Shown one piece after another: positions 1 through 12,800 of a stretch of 64,000 nt of DNA. Both the position numbers and the translations under genes were made by a program. This DNA comes from the human T2T-CHM13v2.0 reference genome, Homo sapiens. Every line of letters starts with the position of its first letter. Position 1 is the first letter of the stretch. Location: assembly GCF_009914755.1 (NCBI RefSeq), contig NC_060933.1; one strand, given 5' to 3'. The notes under the pieces were generated by a model. It saw nothing but the letters and a program-made list of their open reading frames with translations, was not told the DNA's origin and made no database searches.

Positions 1-449
1 GACTCTACCAATGAAAATGGGTGATTACCAGCTGTGAAACACAAAAACATACTTTTACGGTTACACATTCCTTTACAAACAACCGTGTACATTTCAGCCT
101 CCTGCCCCACCATTTCTTTTCTCCAGGCGGGAAGGCTGCATGTTGAGGTGGTCATAGAATGTTGAGTATCATACTTTCCTACCTCGCTTTTATTTGCGCG
201 GGTTTAAATGCGCCTTAACAGAACCCGTGCAAAGGCTTGCCAACTGTCTGGCTGCACCGGATGAGTAGAGCATCTTCCTTGGTGGCAGGTGGGTGCGAGG
301 AGGAGGGGGCTGGGCTTTTCTCCGGACGGGTGTTTGCCCAGAAGACCATCATCCCTGGACTACGTTAGGAGGAAGTGGCACCGCTCCGAGGTAGGGGAAG
401 AAGGGTTATAAAGGGGGGAGTCCACCACACATGGTCTTGAAGAAGCTTT

Positions 450-456
450 TATAAAA
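450..456 (+). promoter_or_regulatory. Candidate TATA box (TATAAAA) upstream of FOXD4L
   Basis: TATAAAAG about 190 nt before the ATG; a second TATAAAG lies at ~407. Confidence 0.35.
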
Positions 457-638
457 GGCAAAGGCATCTTTGCCGGACGTTGTTGCAAAGGAGTAGAAAC
501 AAGCAGACGAAAACATCCCAAAGGGTAACCACTAGCGTTCCTGCTTCTTGCAACATTCATCCCAGGCTTCCAGCTCAGCCCGCCCCAGGCCAGGTGATCG
601 GCCGCCACATCCCCTGCGACTGAAGCACCTGCTCCTCC

Positions 639-1892
639 ATGAACCTGCCAAGAGCTGAGCGCCTTCGCTCCACACCGCAGCGCAGCCTCCGGGACTCCGA
701 TGGGGAAGACGGTAAAATCGATGTCCTGGGAGAGGAGGAAGATGAAGACGAGGTGGAAGACGAGGAGGAGGCGGCGAGCCAGCAGTTCCTAGAGCAGTCG
801 CTCCAGCCGGGGCTGCAGGTGGCCCGGTGGGGCGGGGTTGCGCTTCCCCGAGAGCACATCGAGGGCGGCGGCGGCCCGAGCGACCCCTCAGAGTTTGGCA
901 CCAAGTTCAGGGCACCGCCAAGGTCTGCGGCGGCCTCTGAAGATGCCCGGCAGCCGGCATAGCCCCCCTACTCGTACATCGCGCTCATCACCATGGCCAT
1001 CCTGCAAAACCCGCACAAGCGCCTCACGCTCAGCGGCATCTGCGCCTTCATTAGTGGCCGCTTCCCCTACTACCGCCGCAAGTTCCCCGCCTGGCAGAAC
1101 AGCATCCGCCACAACCTCTCGCTGAACGACTGCTTCGTTAAGATCCCCCGCGAGCCGGGCCACCCAGGCAAGGGCAACTACTGGAGCCTGGACCCCGCCT
1201 CCCAAGACATGTTCGACAATGGCAGCTTTCTCCGGCGTAGGAAGCGTTTCAAGCGCCACCAACTGACCCCGGGAGCCCACCTGCCCCACCCCTTCCCTCT
1301 ACCTGCTGCACAGGCCGCCCTGCACAACCCCCGCCCAGGCCCTCTGCTTGGGGCCCCTGCCCCGCCGCAGCCAGTCCAGGGGGCCTACCCCAACACCGCC
1401 CCCGGGAGACGCCCTTACGCTCTGCTGCACCCGCATCCTCTTCGCTACCTACTGCTCTCGGCCCCCGTCTATGCCGGGGCACCGAAGAAAGCAGAAGGCG
1501 CGGCCCTGGCGACCCCGGCACCCTTCCCGTGCTGCAGCCCTCACTTGGTCCTCAGCCTTGGGAGGAGGGCAAGGGTCTGGCGTCGCCACCGGGAGGCGGA
1601 TGCATCTCTTTCAGCATTGAGAGTATTATGCAAGGGGTCAGGGGAGCGGGTACAGGGGCTGCGCAGAATTTGTCCCCGACCGCGTGGAGCTACTGCCACC
1701 TGCTCCAGCGACCATCAAGCCTGTTGCATCCCCAGACCGCTGCCCCTTTGCTGCAAGTGTCCGCCGCCGCCGCTGCTCGGACAATTTTGCAGCAATAGCA
1801 GCAGCATCAGGAGGAGGACTGCGCCAACGGCTGCGCTCCCACCAAGGGCGCGGTGCTGGGCGGGCACCTGTCGGCCTCGTCGGCCCTGCTGA
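639..1892 (+). pseudogene. FOXD4L3: FOXD4-like forkhead gene (417-codon FOXD4L3-type), single exon, disrupted here by nonsense codon K108*
   Basis: ORFs 639-962 and 993-1892 are in the same frame, separated only by TAG at 960-962 where the FoxD motif [18 protein letters not shown] needs AAG. Forkhead motifs [15 protein letters not shown] and [10 protein letters not shown] are intact. The N-terminus is acidic. The paralog number is inferred from the C-terminus and the adjacent PGM5 exon. Confidence 0.8.
993..1892 (+). CDS. Residual 299-aa ORF from M119 of FOXD4L (N-truncated forkhead protein); translation unproven
   Basis: The ATG at 993 has a strong ACCATGG context. The ORF starts inside helix 1 of the forkhead domain. 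Confidence 0.3.
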   Translation: MAILQNPHKRLTLSGICAFISGRFPYYRRKFPAWQNSIRHNLSLNDCFVKIPREPGHPGKGNYWSLDPASQDMFDNGSFLRRRKRFKRHQLTPGAHLPHPFPLPAAQAALHNPRPGPLLGAPAPPQPVQGAYPNTAPGRRPYALLHPHPLRYLLLSAPVYAGAPKKAEGAALATPAPFPCCSPHLVLSLGRRARVWRRHREADASLSALRVLCKGSGERVQGLRRICPRPRGATATCSSDHQACCIPRPLPLCCKCPPPPLLGQFCSNSSSIRRRTAPTAALPPRARCWAGTCRPRRPC

Positions 1893-2567
1893 GGTATCAG
1901 GCAGTGGCAGAGGGCTCTAGGCTGACATCGCTGGCTGCCCCTTTGGGCGGAGAGGGGACCTCACCAGTTTTTTTAGTATCGCCCACGCCCAGTTCCCTGG
2001 CCAACTCCGCAGGGCCCTCCTAGAGCCAGGTGGGAGTGGGGAGCGACCCGCAGCTGCTCACTCCACCTTGCGCGGCCCATACTGGGCGTGTGCATCTGAA
2101 TCCCGCTGGAGAGCAAACACGAACTTCTGTTCGCTGCAAAATGGTTAGAAAGAAACAGCTGGATTACGTTCCTCTAAAAACCACCTGAACGTAACCTTCG
2201 CAGGGCGTCAAGTCATCTTTTCTTGCCTTCGGTTGTGGCTTCTATGGCTGTCCCGATTTGCGCATTTCCTGGGGTACTATGAACGTGAGTGGGGTATTTT
2301 GTTCTGGCATTAAAAGAAAAACAAGCAAGCAAACAAAAACACAGCCTCCGATGCCAAACATGTTCCCCCTTCTTCACTTCCTTGGAGCTGGAAGTATTAT
2401 TCCTAAGTCTAGTGCAAAATGCTTCTACTCTCTGTGTCTTCCTGATAGGGATGTTTAATGTAAGTAGGATATTAATTTCAGAACATTGATTTCTTATCTG
2501 TGTGTCTGACGTGCCATCTTTAATGTTAAAATTAAGGTGTTAAAATTAAGCCTAGTTATATAGACGA

Positions 2568-2573
2568 AATAAA
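2568..2573 (+). terminator. Candidate polyadenylation signal AATAAA for FOXD4L
   Basis: AATAAA followed by T-rich sequence; an alternative ATTAAA lies at 2309-2314. Confidence 0.4.
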
Positions 2574-3979
2574 ATGCTAAGTCACTACACTACATCGTTT
2601 ATTTTCTATTACATCTCATTCTTCCCTTTCTAAATGGAACTTTTTAAAACCTACGTTATTTTCCCTCAAACAATTTATTTTCACAATTCATATTTATTAT
2701 AGATAGCAGAAGTAATCCATTTTAATATGGCCTTTAAAAATTCCAAATATTTGAGGTTGAAAATGTCCTGGCTTTTAAAATAGGAAATTTACTATTTATG
2801 AGACTTCTAAAAGAAAAGAATAGGAGGGCATGTAAATATATTCTCCATTTATTTTTCATCACCCCTCAACAAGCTGGAAAACCATTTGAGATCAATTTGG
2901 AATGTAGTGGCCAACATGTACTCAGAGAAAATAAAAGGCTATAAATTATATATATATATATATATATTTTAAGCACTAGAATTTTCAAAACTTATTTCTT
3001 AAAAAAAAAAACAACTCTGAAAAGACTTTGCAACTAGAAAGGTTTAAGTGTTACTCGGCGTCAGGGGACGGAGTGGGGGGAAACCAGACAAGAACGCCCA
3101 TCATGAATTGCTCCCCACAAAGAAAACAAATTTCTAGGAACTTGGCCGTTTTCCCCTGTCCTGAGTGGGGTTCCCGATTCCGTGCCGCTTTGAGGGAAGC
3201 TGCTCCGTGAATGTGAGAAAGTTTTTCCCCCAGCCCCCATCTACTCCCCACCCCCAGCTATGAATTTCTTATTTCAGGAGGGAGGACAAACATGGAGACA
3301 CACATTTTTACAGGAGTCTAATTGGCCGATTTTTCTCCGGCTTCTCTTCTCCATCCCGTCTCTTGGAATTTCTTGGCACGCCCTACCTGAGATCCCCTAC
3401 GGGAGATTTCCTCTTGGCTCCTGCGGTTCTGAGGACGTTCTGAAAAGTTCCCAAGCCCCACCTTTGGTAGCTGCCCAGACCCCAGCTTCCAATTCTTCCC
3501 TCTTCTTTGCACAGGTAGCCGTTAGCCCCATAGCACCACCAGCGTCCAAAATAGACCACTTTTAGCAAATCCGGCAGGGCTGGGGCAGTCTAAGAGTTTG
3601 GAAACAAACTGAGAATAGAGGGGTCCTATTTCATGCCAGGTTCTCGCTGGTTTACGTTCCAACTCCCCTCTGTCCGTTGTGCGAAAACGTCTCCAGGCCG
3701 ACCTTCATTCATTTATTGTCAACAAACGTCCTGGGAGAGCGGCTACAGCCGGCCGCTGAACCCAGAAGGGACTTTCTCTAGGCTTTCTTGGCACCCTCCC
3801 AATTATCTTCCTTCTCTTGCCCGAGGGCAGACCAACACAGCTACGAACATGGGTGACTGAGGGTCAGACCCCTTCCCGGAACCGCCTCCAAGCTCCTAAT
3901 TTTTGCCTAATGTTAAACCATATCCAAAGATGAATATTTAAACAATCAATTCAGTGGCGGAGTAAATTAAACGTTATTC

Positions 3980-5620
3980 TCCGATCAAACAGGAGCTTCG
4001 GGTCCACCTGTTTGGAAGCACCCAGGCAGCTTGGAGAGGTCCGGCCTTCGGGTGCGACCCGCAGGGGTTGCCCTGCCCGGTTCGCGGAACGGACGTTTAC
4101 CTGTCGCAGCTACGAACCCACCAACGACACCAAGCACTTGCCGGGCAGACCAGGCGTCGTGGAGGCGCCCCAGCCCCCCCAACCCCCCCGCAACGACGCG
4201 TCCCAGGGGTGCGTAGTGCTTGGCGCGGTGACCAGACCTGGCCGCCTTCCTGACTGCACAGAGCAAGAGGCCACACTCTGGATCCCAGGCCGGGTCCCTG
4301 TGGTTCTGGGAGGGAGGTCCCGGATGCCTCCCAGATCTCGGGCTTCTGTAACCCTGAGGCTGGGTTTTAAAATCACGGCTCTTCCAAGTTACACGAAGAG
4401 TCCATGGTCAAGGGTCAAGGGTGGTCTTCGACCCTCGGGATCGTCTTCTTGAGAAATGGCTGAGAGCTAAGCCTAGAGCTGCCCAGGGAAGGAAGCCAAA
4501 GAGCTGGAGCCGAGCGCGAAGGGCTGGGAGGCGCGGGGAGGCCCCTTACCCCCGCCCGCCCCCCACACTGTCCTGGCCGCTAATAACGCTGATAATAGTA
4601 ACAGTATCGGCCAACTGTTTCCCCCCTGCTCCTGGTCTGCCAGGCACCGGATCCTCCTTTAGCACTCCCAGCACTCACTGAAGAAGACACTATGGAATTC
4701 TCCGTTTTCCAGACTAGAAATAAGTAACTCGGAGAAATTAAGAAACTCGCCCGACGACCCTCAGGCAGTAGCACCTGGCCAGGTTTGCTTTCTGAACCAC
4801 TAACTCCACTCGCGCACGCCACCTTTCCTGCCTGGGCCTCTTGCGGGTCGCAGGGGTGGAAGCCTGACCTGGGCCAGGGCCCGGATTTCTTCCTCCTGGC
4901 CTCTGTCCCACCGCCCCCGGTGCCAGGAAGCGCTTTTCTCTCCCCGAGACCCAGACGCGCCGAAAGACTCGCGCGGTCAGTTCCCTACCCCACGCCCTGG
5001 GCTGTGCGTTTTCTTGCAAGCCTCTGCCGAGTGCGGGGAACGGCGCCGCCAGACTCCCCCAGACCGCGCTCCGGCTCACGCCTGACTAGAGCACTCTGCT
5101 TCACAGAGGGGCGTTCTGCGCGTTCTTCCTCCCTGGTGTGATTTTCGTTCTTTTTCCTCTCATGGTCCCCAAGAACCCAGGCACCCCTCGACGTAGGTGC
5201 CGGCGGTACCGGGAATCCCTCCCCTGGACTCCCTGCGGGCCCGAAGCCACCTTCTAATCCCAGCCGCCTTCCCAAGGCGGCGGAGGTGGGCAGCTCCGGG
5301 CTCCGCGCCGCCCCGCGAAGCCGGAATTTCTCTTCGGAGTCTTGATACAGCTCTCCACTTCGTCGCCCCGCACTGGATCCTGGTAGCGTGAAACTTGCCC
5401 AGGAAGCTGGGCTGCGCTGGCCTGGGGTGAAGGTCCAAGAGACGAGGGGGCCGGGACGCGGGGCTGTCGCAACGACTGGCCCTCTGCGAACCCTCAGGCC
5501 AGCAGGTTCGGGACTATAGGAGTGGGAGTGGAGGTGGTGGCCACTGGAGAGTAGAGAGAACGTCCAGGAACCGGTGGACTAGGGGTCCCCGGCGGCTGGC
5601 CGAGGGTTGCAAGCAGAGGG
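3980..5620. promoter_or_regulatory. Second (orphan) CpG island downstream of FOXD4L
   Basis: GC/CpG-dense 1.6 kb with no credible coding ORF. Confidence 0.7.
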
Positions 5621-6866
5621 GACTATCGGTTGCCAGCAAGTCCCAAGCAGATGCCTTCTGGTAGGGCAGTCACATTCTACAGTGCCGATTCTGTGTACAT
5701 TGAGTATCCAAAATGAATAAAATCTGTTTATACATTGGAATGTAGCTTATGATTCCAAAATCTCATCTCCAGGCTGCCTAGATCACACGGCCCCGTTTCA
5801 TTCATTTTTACTTAATAACGGTCGTTAGACAATTTAGAGAAACAGCAGAAACCACGAGAAAAATAATGGAATCAAACGGCGATAAGGACTAACAAGGCTG
5901 GCGGGGAGATTTAGCAAATGGTGGCTTCTGAGAGTTTGCACCAGTCCTTCACCACATTTTATTGGAAGTGTGGAGAGTCATGATTCTCATTCCTCCCCAG
6001 CCTTCCGGAAAAATGCTCAGAAATTTCTTTCCACATTGACACCTGATTACAGTCTAAATAGTAACCTTATTCTGATTGTTAATGTAACCTTCTCGTAATT
6101 TCTACAAAAATACTTTAGTTTTTCTAGCTGTGTTTTCATGTAATCACTGAAATTATTTTTAATTGGTTTTAAGCATTCATTGATTCCATATACACCACCT
6201 GCAAAAAAGTTACATAGGTGATCGCTAACAATACTAGAATTCGCCCCATCCAAAGGAAACATTAGAGTAGAAAAAGAAAAAGGATTTGAGAATCCAGTAT
6301 GAAATTCAGTTAATCATTACTTCCCTGTTACTCAACTACCTTAACATTGTCAGGTTTACCTGAACATAAACTTCATTTTCTTAGTTGTTCTTAGAACGAA
6401 GGGATATGTTTATTGAAATCAGTAATTAAGAATATTTTGGGACAGTTATGATTTACTTAGCCAGTGAAGCAGTTTCTATTCCCAAATCCAGGCAAAGAGA
6501 ACAATAAGATTAAACGTAGCCTAAGAGATTTCCTTTTTGTCAAATAATGTGATTTTGCTATGTATAGAGGAGATGTCTATATGTAAGGGCATATTTATGA
6601 CCAGTAGTTCCTAAAATTAAGGGGACTATTATTGTGTTACTCAAGGTATCAGTTGTATAGGATACATTATGTCATATTTCAAACAATGTTTATAAAGAGA
6701 TTAGTATAATTAACCTGTATGTACTTCTCCTCTGGGCCAACCTTGTGTCTTCTTTATCTGCTGACAGTCCCCTCCCCACTGAATTATTTTGAATCAAATC
6801 CCAGATAGTCTATCATTGTATTGTATTTTTGAATATTTCTCTAAAAGATAATAATTCCATCAATGA

Positions 6867-6992
6867 GACTGGATGCAGTGGCTCCTCCCTGTAATCCCAG
6901 CTCTTTGGGAGGCAGAGGTTGGAGGATCACTTTAGGCCAGGAGTTCAAGACCACCCTGAGCAACACAGCAAGACCCCATTTATAAAAAAGAA
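6867..6992 (+). mobile_element. FLAM (Alu left monomer) inserted in an old L1M fragment
   Basis: Alu left-arm sequence with A-rich tail; TSD-like ATTCC(C)ATCAATG on both sides. Confidence 0.8.
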
Positions 6993-8644
6993 GATTCCCA
7001 TCAATGTAACCACAATACCATTATCACACCTAAATAATCCATTAATAGCATCGGTTTATCCAGGCAATATTTAAATATCTTCAATTGTCTAAAAACTTTT
7101 TGTTTAGTTGGTTGGTTTGAATTAGAATGCTAATAAGGGTTACGTATTGTGTTTGGTTGATATGGGCTATTATATCTCTTTTAGATTTCCTCAATCCTCT
7201 TTTTTTGTTTCCCTTGCATTTTTTATGGGAGAAACTGAACTGTTTGTTCTGAAGAAGTTGACATTCTGGACTTTGTAGCTGCAGGTAATAGTTTTTTGGC
7301 AAGATATTCCCAGGGATAAGGTCGTTTATTCAGACTTTTGAATATTGGCAAATAATAATATTGTTTGTAGAGGGAGAAGGATTAGTCAAGATATTTTTAA
7401 GAATCAACTATTGAAAAAACAAATTTTTATCAGAGTAAGCATGGATCTGGTAAAGATTATGTGAAATTTTCCTAAATGCAAATACAATCTAAAATTGTAA
7501 TGTCTTAAAATTAAAAAATAGATTATTTTCCATATGTTTATAGAAATATAAATGATCAATCAACTATTTCACTGACAATTTTAAATCTAGTTTTATCTTG
7601 AGGAGAATAAAGTTTTTTATATCTTTAGTATTTTAGTTGAAGATCCAAAGACATTTTATGTTAAAACTTTAGGTTTTATATTGTTTTGTGTTTTAAAACA
7701 TAAAATCTAAAATGTGGTAATATCCATGAGGTGCAGATAGAGTAATAGCACAAATTCTGTGTTCATGAAAATTCATTTTAGGATAACTTAATTAAAAGGA
7801 CTCAGGATTTGAATGATATTAGATTAGACAGAAAAAAGTTCACCTGAGTGTAAGACATAAGTAATAAAAACCAAAGGTAGCTAACTTTTTTAGGCTTCTT
7901 CTTTCTTTAAAGAGTATGCATATGAAATAAAATTTCCATGTCAATGTCCATTTTTCCATGGTACATAGGGCTTCTATAATTTCGTCTATTTCATCCTGCA
8001 GTTATTTTCACGGGTTTCTGTGTCCACCACTATCTGGAATCTCTGAGATGGTGAAAACGAAATCTTATTCTTCTTTATATTTCAAACAATTCCTAGCACA
8101 TTATCAAAAATACCTGATAAAATTTATTGTGTCTGTAATACTGGTAAGCATGTAAAAGGGTGGTAAATATATAGGCTTTAAGTTTAGATAGATCTAAATA
8201 TTATTAAAATTACCAAATTATTGTTTTTAAAAAGTATTAGTTTCCTAGGACAAATAGAGATTTTTCGATAAGGCTGGATTTGTAATACTTTAAGCAGCAG
8301 GTCACAGTGCTTAAGTATTTAATGCCGATTTGGCAAGCAGCTGATGTTTTACATAATGCTGTCGGGTATTTTATATTTGCGTGTATTTTCTGATGCACTG
8401 GATCCAGCACTTCATGTCACGTCATATATCTGTTTATAATATATACAAATGTATTTTCATATATATTTGATGTTTGATGGCTTTGAAACTTTAATCTTGA
8501 AATAGATTTTAAATTTTTATTAAAACTATTTAAATAATTACCGTAAGGAAAGAGCTCTTATTAGTTGAAAGAAAATGTAGATTCATGTTTCCTTGGAGAC
8601 TAGTCTAGTTTCCAAGGATAGACGGCAGTGAGGAGTTGGGTATC

Positions 8645-8870
8645 TAGATGGAATTTCTGTTGGTTTGGATTCCAGCTCTGCTGCTTACCAGCTTTGTGAC
8701 CTCAGGCAAACAACTTAACCTCTCCAAGCCTCAATTTCCCCATCTATATAATGGTGATATTTATAAGTTTCACCTTATAGGGCCATGGTGGGGATCACAT
8801 GAAATAGTGTATGTGAAGTGCTTAGCACAGTGCCTGGCACATACTCAATGCTCTATGCATGTCAGCTAGT
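8645..8870 (+). mobile_element. MIR SINE
   Basis: MIR core tgtgacctcaggcaa...cttaacctctc...cctcaatttccccatct and 3' gcttagcacagtgcctggcacata. Confidence 0.8.
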
Positions 8871-9319
8871 ACTTAATGATGCTAATAAACATGTTGTGTC
8901 CCTAAGCACGGGTGGAATCTTGCCTGACGTCCTTCTCTCTGCGTCCTGGTCAGTCTTCACATGGTGGGCCTCCTTTATTTCCGGTCACACACGGGTGGTA
9001 CACAGAGCATGCTGTTTCTTTCCTGCCAGAAGGTTCCTGCTGCAGCTCTCCTGCTAGTTTAGCTTAGCCTTCTGGTTTGAGGGATGAGTCACATGTACCA
9101 TCACTTCCCAGGACCAACAGGACCTTTCAGGAAAGCTATCCCTGCTTACACAGAGAATTGCCCTTGCCTAACACTGAAGCCTGGCAGAGTAACATGAAAT
9201 AACCACAGCAATTCTAAAATTAGAATTAGCATGCCTAGAATAACAGGTATAACCTTCTCTTGTAGTTTATCACTTGCTTCATTTCTGCTCAGCCTAATTT
9301 TCACTTGATGTGTAGATTT

Positions 9320-9620
9320 ATTTTTTGTTCACCCATCCAGAAAATGTTGACTGAGGAATTACTCTGTGTTAGGTGCTGTTGTAGGAGCAAGGGATACAAT
9401 GATGATCAAGGCAGATGCAGCCGTTACCTTCAGGTTGTGGAGTCCGGATACAGACTGGAGGCAGGCAGCTGTAAGATGTGTGAGAAATGCTGCGCTGGAT
9501 CAGCCCATGGTATTAGGAGAGCAGGTAAGGAAGGGTGGGGACAGGAGCGGACAACCTGGAGGAAGAGGCACCTAAGCAGAGTCCGGAAGGCTGAGGAGGA
9601 GTCAGCAGGTAAAAGAGAGG
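9320..9620 (-). mobile_element. L2 3' fragment
   Basis: Degenerate L2 end: ...gactgagg..actctgtgttaggtgctg...gggatacaatgatgatcaaggcaga. Confidence 0.5.
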
Positions 9621-9827
9621 GGAATCATGACATGCCATCTCAACTGTAGGACACGGCTAGCTGGCTGACTTAGCTGCTGTAACACCGGATTTTTGCAAGA
9701 CTCCCTGAGTATTTCTCGTGGACTTGCGAACAAATCTGAGCAAGAAAACCACGTAATTTCTTTTATGCCTTGCCCAAGAAAGCCACCTGGAGGGGCAAGG
9801 GGACCTTAGCAGAAAGAAGCTGGAGGT

Positions 9828-12800
9828 GGGGGGAGAACAGGGTGATATTACTCTCCATATGGTGGGGGGTGGACACCTCCCTGTCATATGGCTCGTAATA
9901 TCCAGCGGGGGAGAGGGGGTTGACTTTCCCCTACGTTATTGGTAATATCACCCCCCTCTCTCCCGCTAAATATTAAGTACAATATCACAGGTGGGGTGTA
10001 CACCCCCGGCGATGTTTGAAGTAATATCAACTTCTCCCCCTCTGGATGTTAGAAACAATATCACAGGGGGGTGTACACCCCCCTGCGATCCTGGGAGTAA
10101 CATCATCCTCTTTCCCCCGGATATTAGGAACAATATCACGGGGAGGGGGGTGCACACCCCCTGCGATATTGAAAGTCATATCATCTTCTTTCTCCCCGGA
10201 TATTAGGAACAATATCACAGAAGGTGTTTACAACTTTTGCAATGTTGGGAGTAATATCATCCTCTCTCACCCTAGATATTCAGAACAACATCACATGGGA
10301 ATTGTACCCTTCTGTTTATTGAGAGTAATATCATCCTCTCCCTTTCTGTATATTAGAAACAATATCACAGAGGGCTGTGTACACCCCCAGGAATGTTTTG
10401 AGTAATATTATCCTCTCTCTGCCTGGATATTTGGAACAATATGACAGGAGTTGTGTACACCCACTGTGATATTCGGTTTAATATCAACTTCTATCCCCTG
10501 GATATTGGGAGTAATATCTATCTTTAGCCCCTGGATACTAGGGACAATATCACAGGAGGGGTGTATACACACGGCGCTATTGGGAGTAATATCATTTTCT
10601 CCACCCCTTGATATTAGGTACAATATAACAGTGGGGATGTGTACCCCCTGGGATATTGGGAGTAATATTAATCTCTTCCCCTGTGGATGTTAGGAACAAT
10701 ATCACAGAAGGGGTGTATACCCCCAGCGATATTGGGAGTAAGATCATCCTCTCCCAACTTGGATATTAGGAATAATATCACAGGGGAAGTGTATAACCCC
10801 TGCGATATTGTGAGTAATATCATCCTCTCCCAAAATGGAGATTAGGAACAATATCACAGGAAAGGTGTACACCTCTTCTGATATTTGTGGTAATATCATC
10901 TCCTCCCCTCATTGATATTAGGAAAGATATCACAAGGTGTGTACAGCCCCTGCGATATTGGGAGTAATATTATTCTCTCTTCCCCTGGATATTAGAAATA
11001 ATATCACAGGCGGAGTGTACAGCAAACCCCCTGCGATATTGGGGGTAATATCATCCTCTTTTAACCTGGATATTAGGAACAATATCACAGGGGGCTTGTA
11101 CACTTCTTTTGACACTGGGAGTAATATCATCCTCTCCACAAGTAAATAGTAGGAAAAATATCAAAGAAGGTGTGTACACCGCTTGTGATATTGGGAGTAA
11201 TATCATCCTACCTCACCTGGATGTTAGAAAAAATATCGGGGGGCGTTTACACCACCTGCGATATTGGGAGTAATATGATTTTCTACCCCAGTGGATATTT
11301 AGAACAATATCACAGGGGCAGTGTACACCCTCTGAGATATTGCGAGTAATATCGTTCTCACCCCGCCGCCCCCACCCCAGATATTAGGAACAATGTAACA
11401 GGCAGATTATACACCTGCTGCAACATTGAAAGTAATATCATCCTTTTCCCCCTGGATATTAGGAACAATATCTTATGGGGGGTTTACAGCCCATTCCATT
11501 TTGGGAGTAATATCAACTTCTTCATTGCTGGAAATAAGAAACAATATAGCAGTTCTGGTGTACACACCCTGTGATATGGGCAGTAATATCATAGACTCTC
11601 CCCCGGCATATTAGGAACAATATCAGAAAGGGGTGTATACCCACAGCGATTTTGGGATTAATATCATACTCTCCCCCCTGGATATTAGGAACCATATCAA
11701 AGAAGGAGTGTCTACCCCTTGCGATAGTGACAGTAATATCATCCTCTCCCTCCCTGGATATTAAGAACAATACCACAGAATTGGCGTACACCCACTACGA
11801 TCATGGGAGTAATGTCATCCTCTAACCCCTGGATATTAAAAACAATATCACAGAGGAGGTGTACACCCCTCGCGATATGGCCAGTAACATCATCGTCTCC
11901 TCCACTGCGTATTAGGAACAATATCAAAGGGGTGTGTACACCTCCTGCGCTATTGGGAGTAATGTCATTCTCTTTTCCCCTGAATATGAGGAATAATATC
12001 ACTGATGGGGTGTACAACTCCTACGATATAGGCAGTAATATCATCCTCTCCCAACCTGGATATTAGGAACAAAATAACAGGACATCTACACCCCCTGCGA
12101 TACTGGGAATAATATCATCCTCTCTCCCACTTAATATTAGAAACCGTATCCCAGGAAGAGTGTAAACCCTCTGAGATATTGAGAGTAATATCATCCACTC
12201 CCTACCTAAATATTAAAAACAATGTCACGGGAGGGGTGTACACCCCTACAATATTGGGAGTAATATCATCCTCTCCCTCCCGAGATATTAGAAACAATAT
12301 AAAAGGGGTCGCGTACACCCCCTGTGATATTGGGAGTAATATCATTCTAATCCCCCCTGGATATTAGGAAGAATATTATACAGGGGATGTACACCCCTTG
12401 ACATATTGTGAGTCATATCATTTCTCTTCCCTTGGACAATAGGGACAACATCACGGGTGGGGGGTGTCCCCTGTTATATTGAAATTATTATCATCCTCTC
12501 CCAAACTGAATATTAAAAACAACGTCACGGGGCTGCTGTGACCCCAGTAATATGGACAGTACTATCATTGTCTCCCTCCCTAAATATTAAGAACAGTATC
12601 ACAAGAGAGGTGTACACCCCCTGCGATATGGCCAGTAATATCATCGTCTCTACCTTTGGATACTAGGAACAACATCACAGAGGGTGTGTACACCCCCTGC
12701 GATATTGGGCATAATGTTAGCCTCTCTTCCCCTGGATATAAGGAACAATATCCCTGGTCGGGGGAGGTGGAGTACATTAAGAACAATATCTGAAGGAGGT

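Larger units (their letters stand above)
560..2080. promoter_or_regulatory. CpG island over the FOXD4L gene body
   Basis: High GC content and dense CpG dinucleotides; boundaries approximate. Confidence 0.8.

Noticed and set aside
1-360. Possible CBWD/ZNG1 3' exon expected upstream of FOXD4L
   Set aside because: No recognisable coding sequence; it would lie outside the window.
3985-5472. Overlapping ORFs in the second CpG island
   Set aside because: Expected in GC-rich DNA; no recognisable domain.
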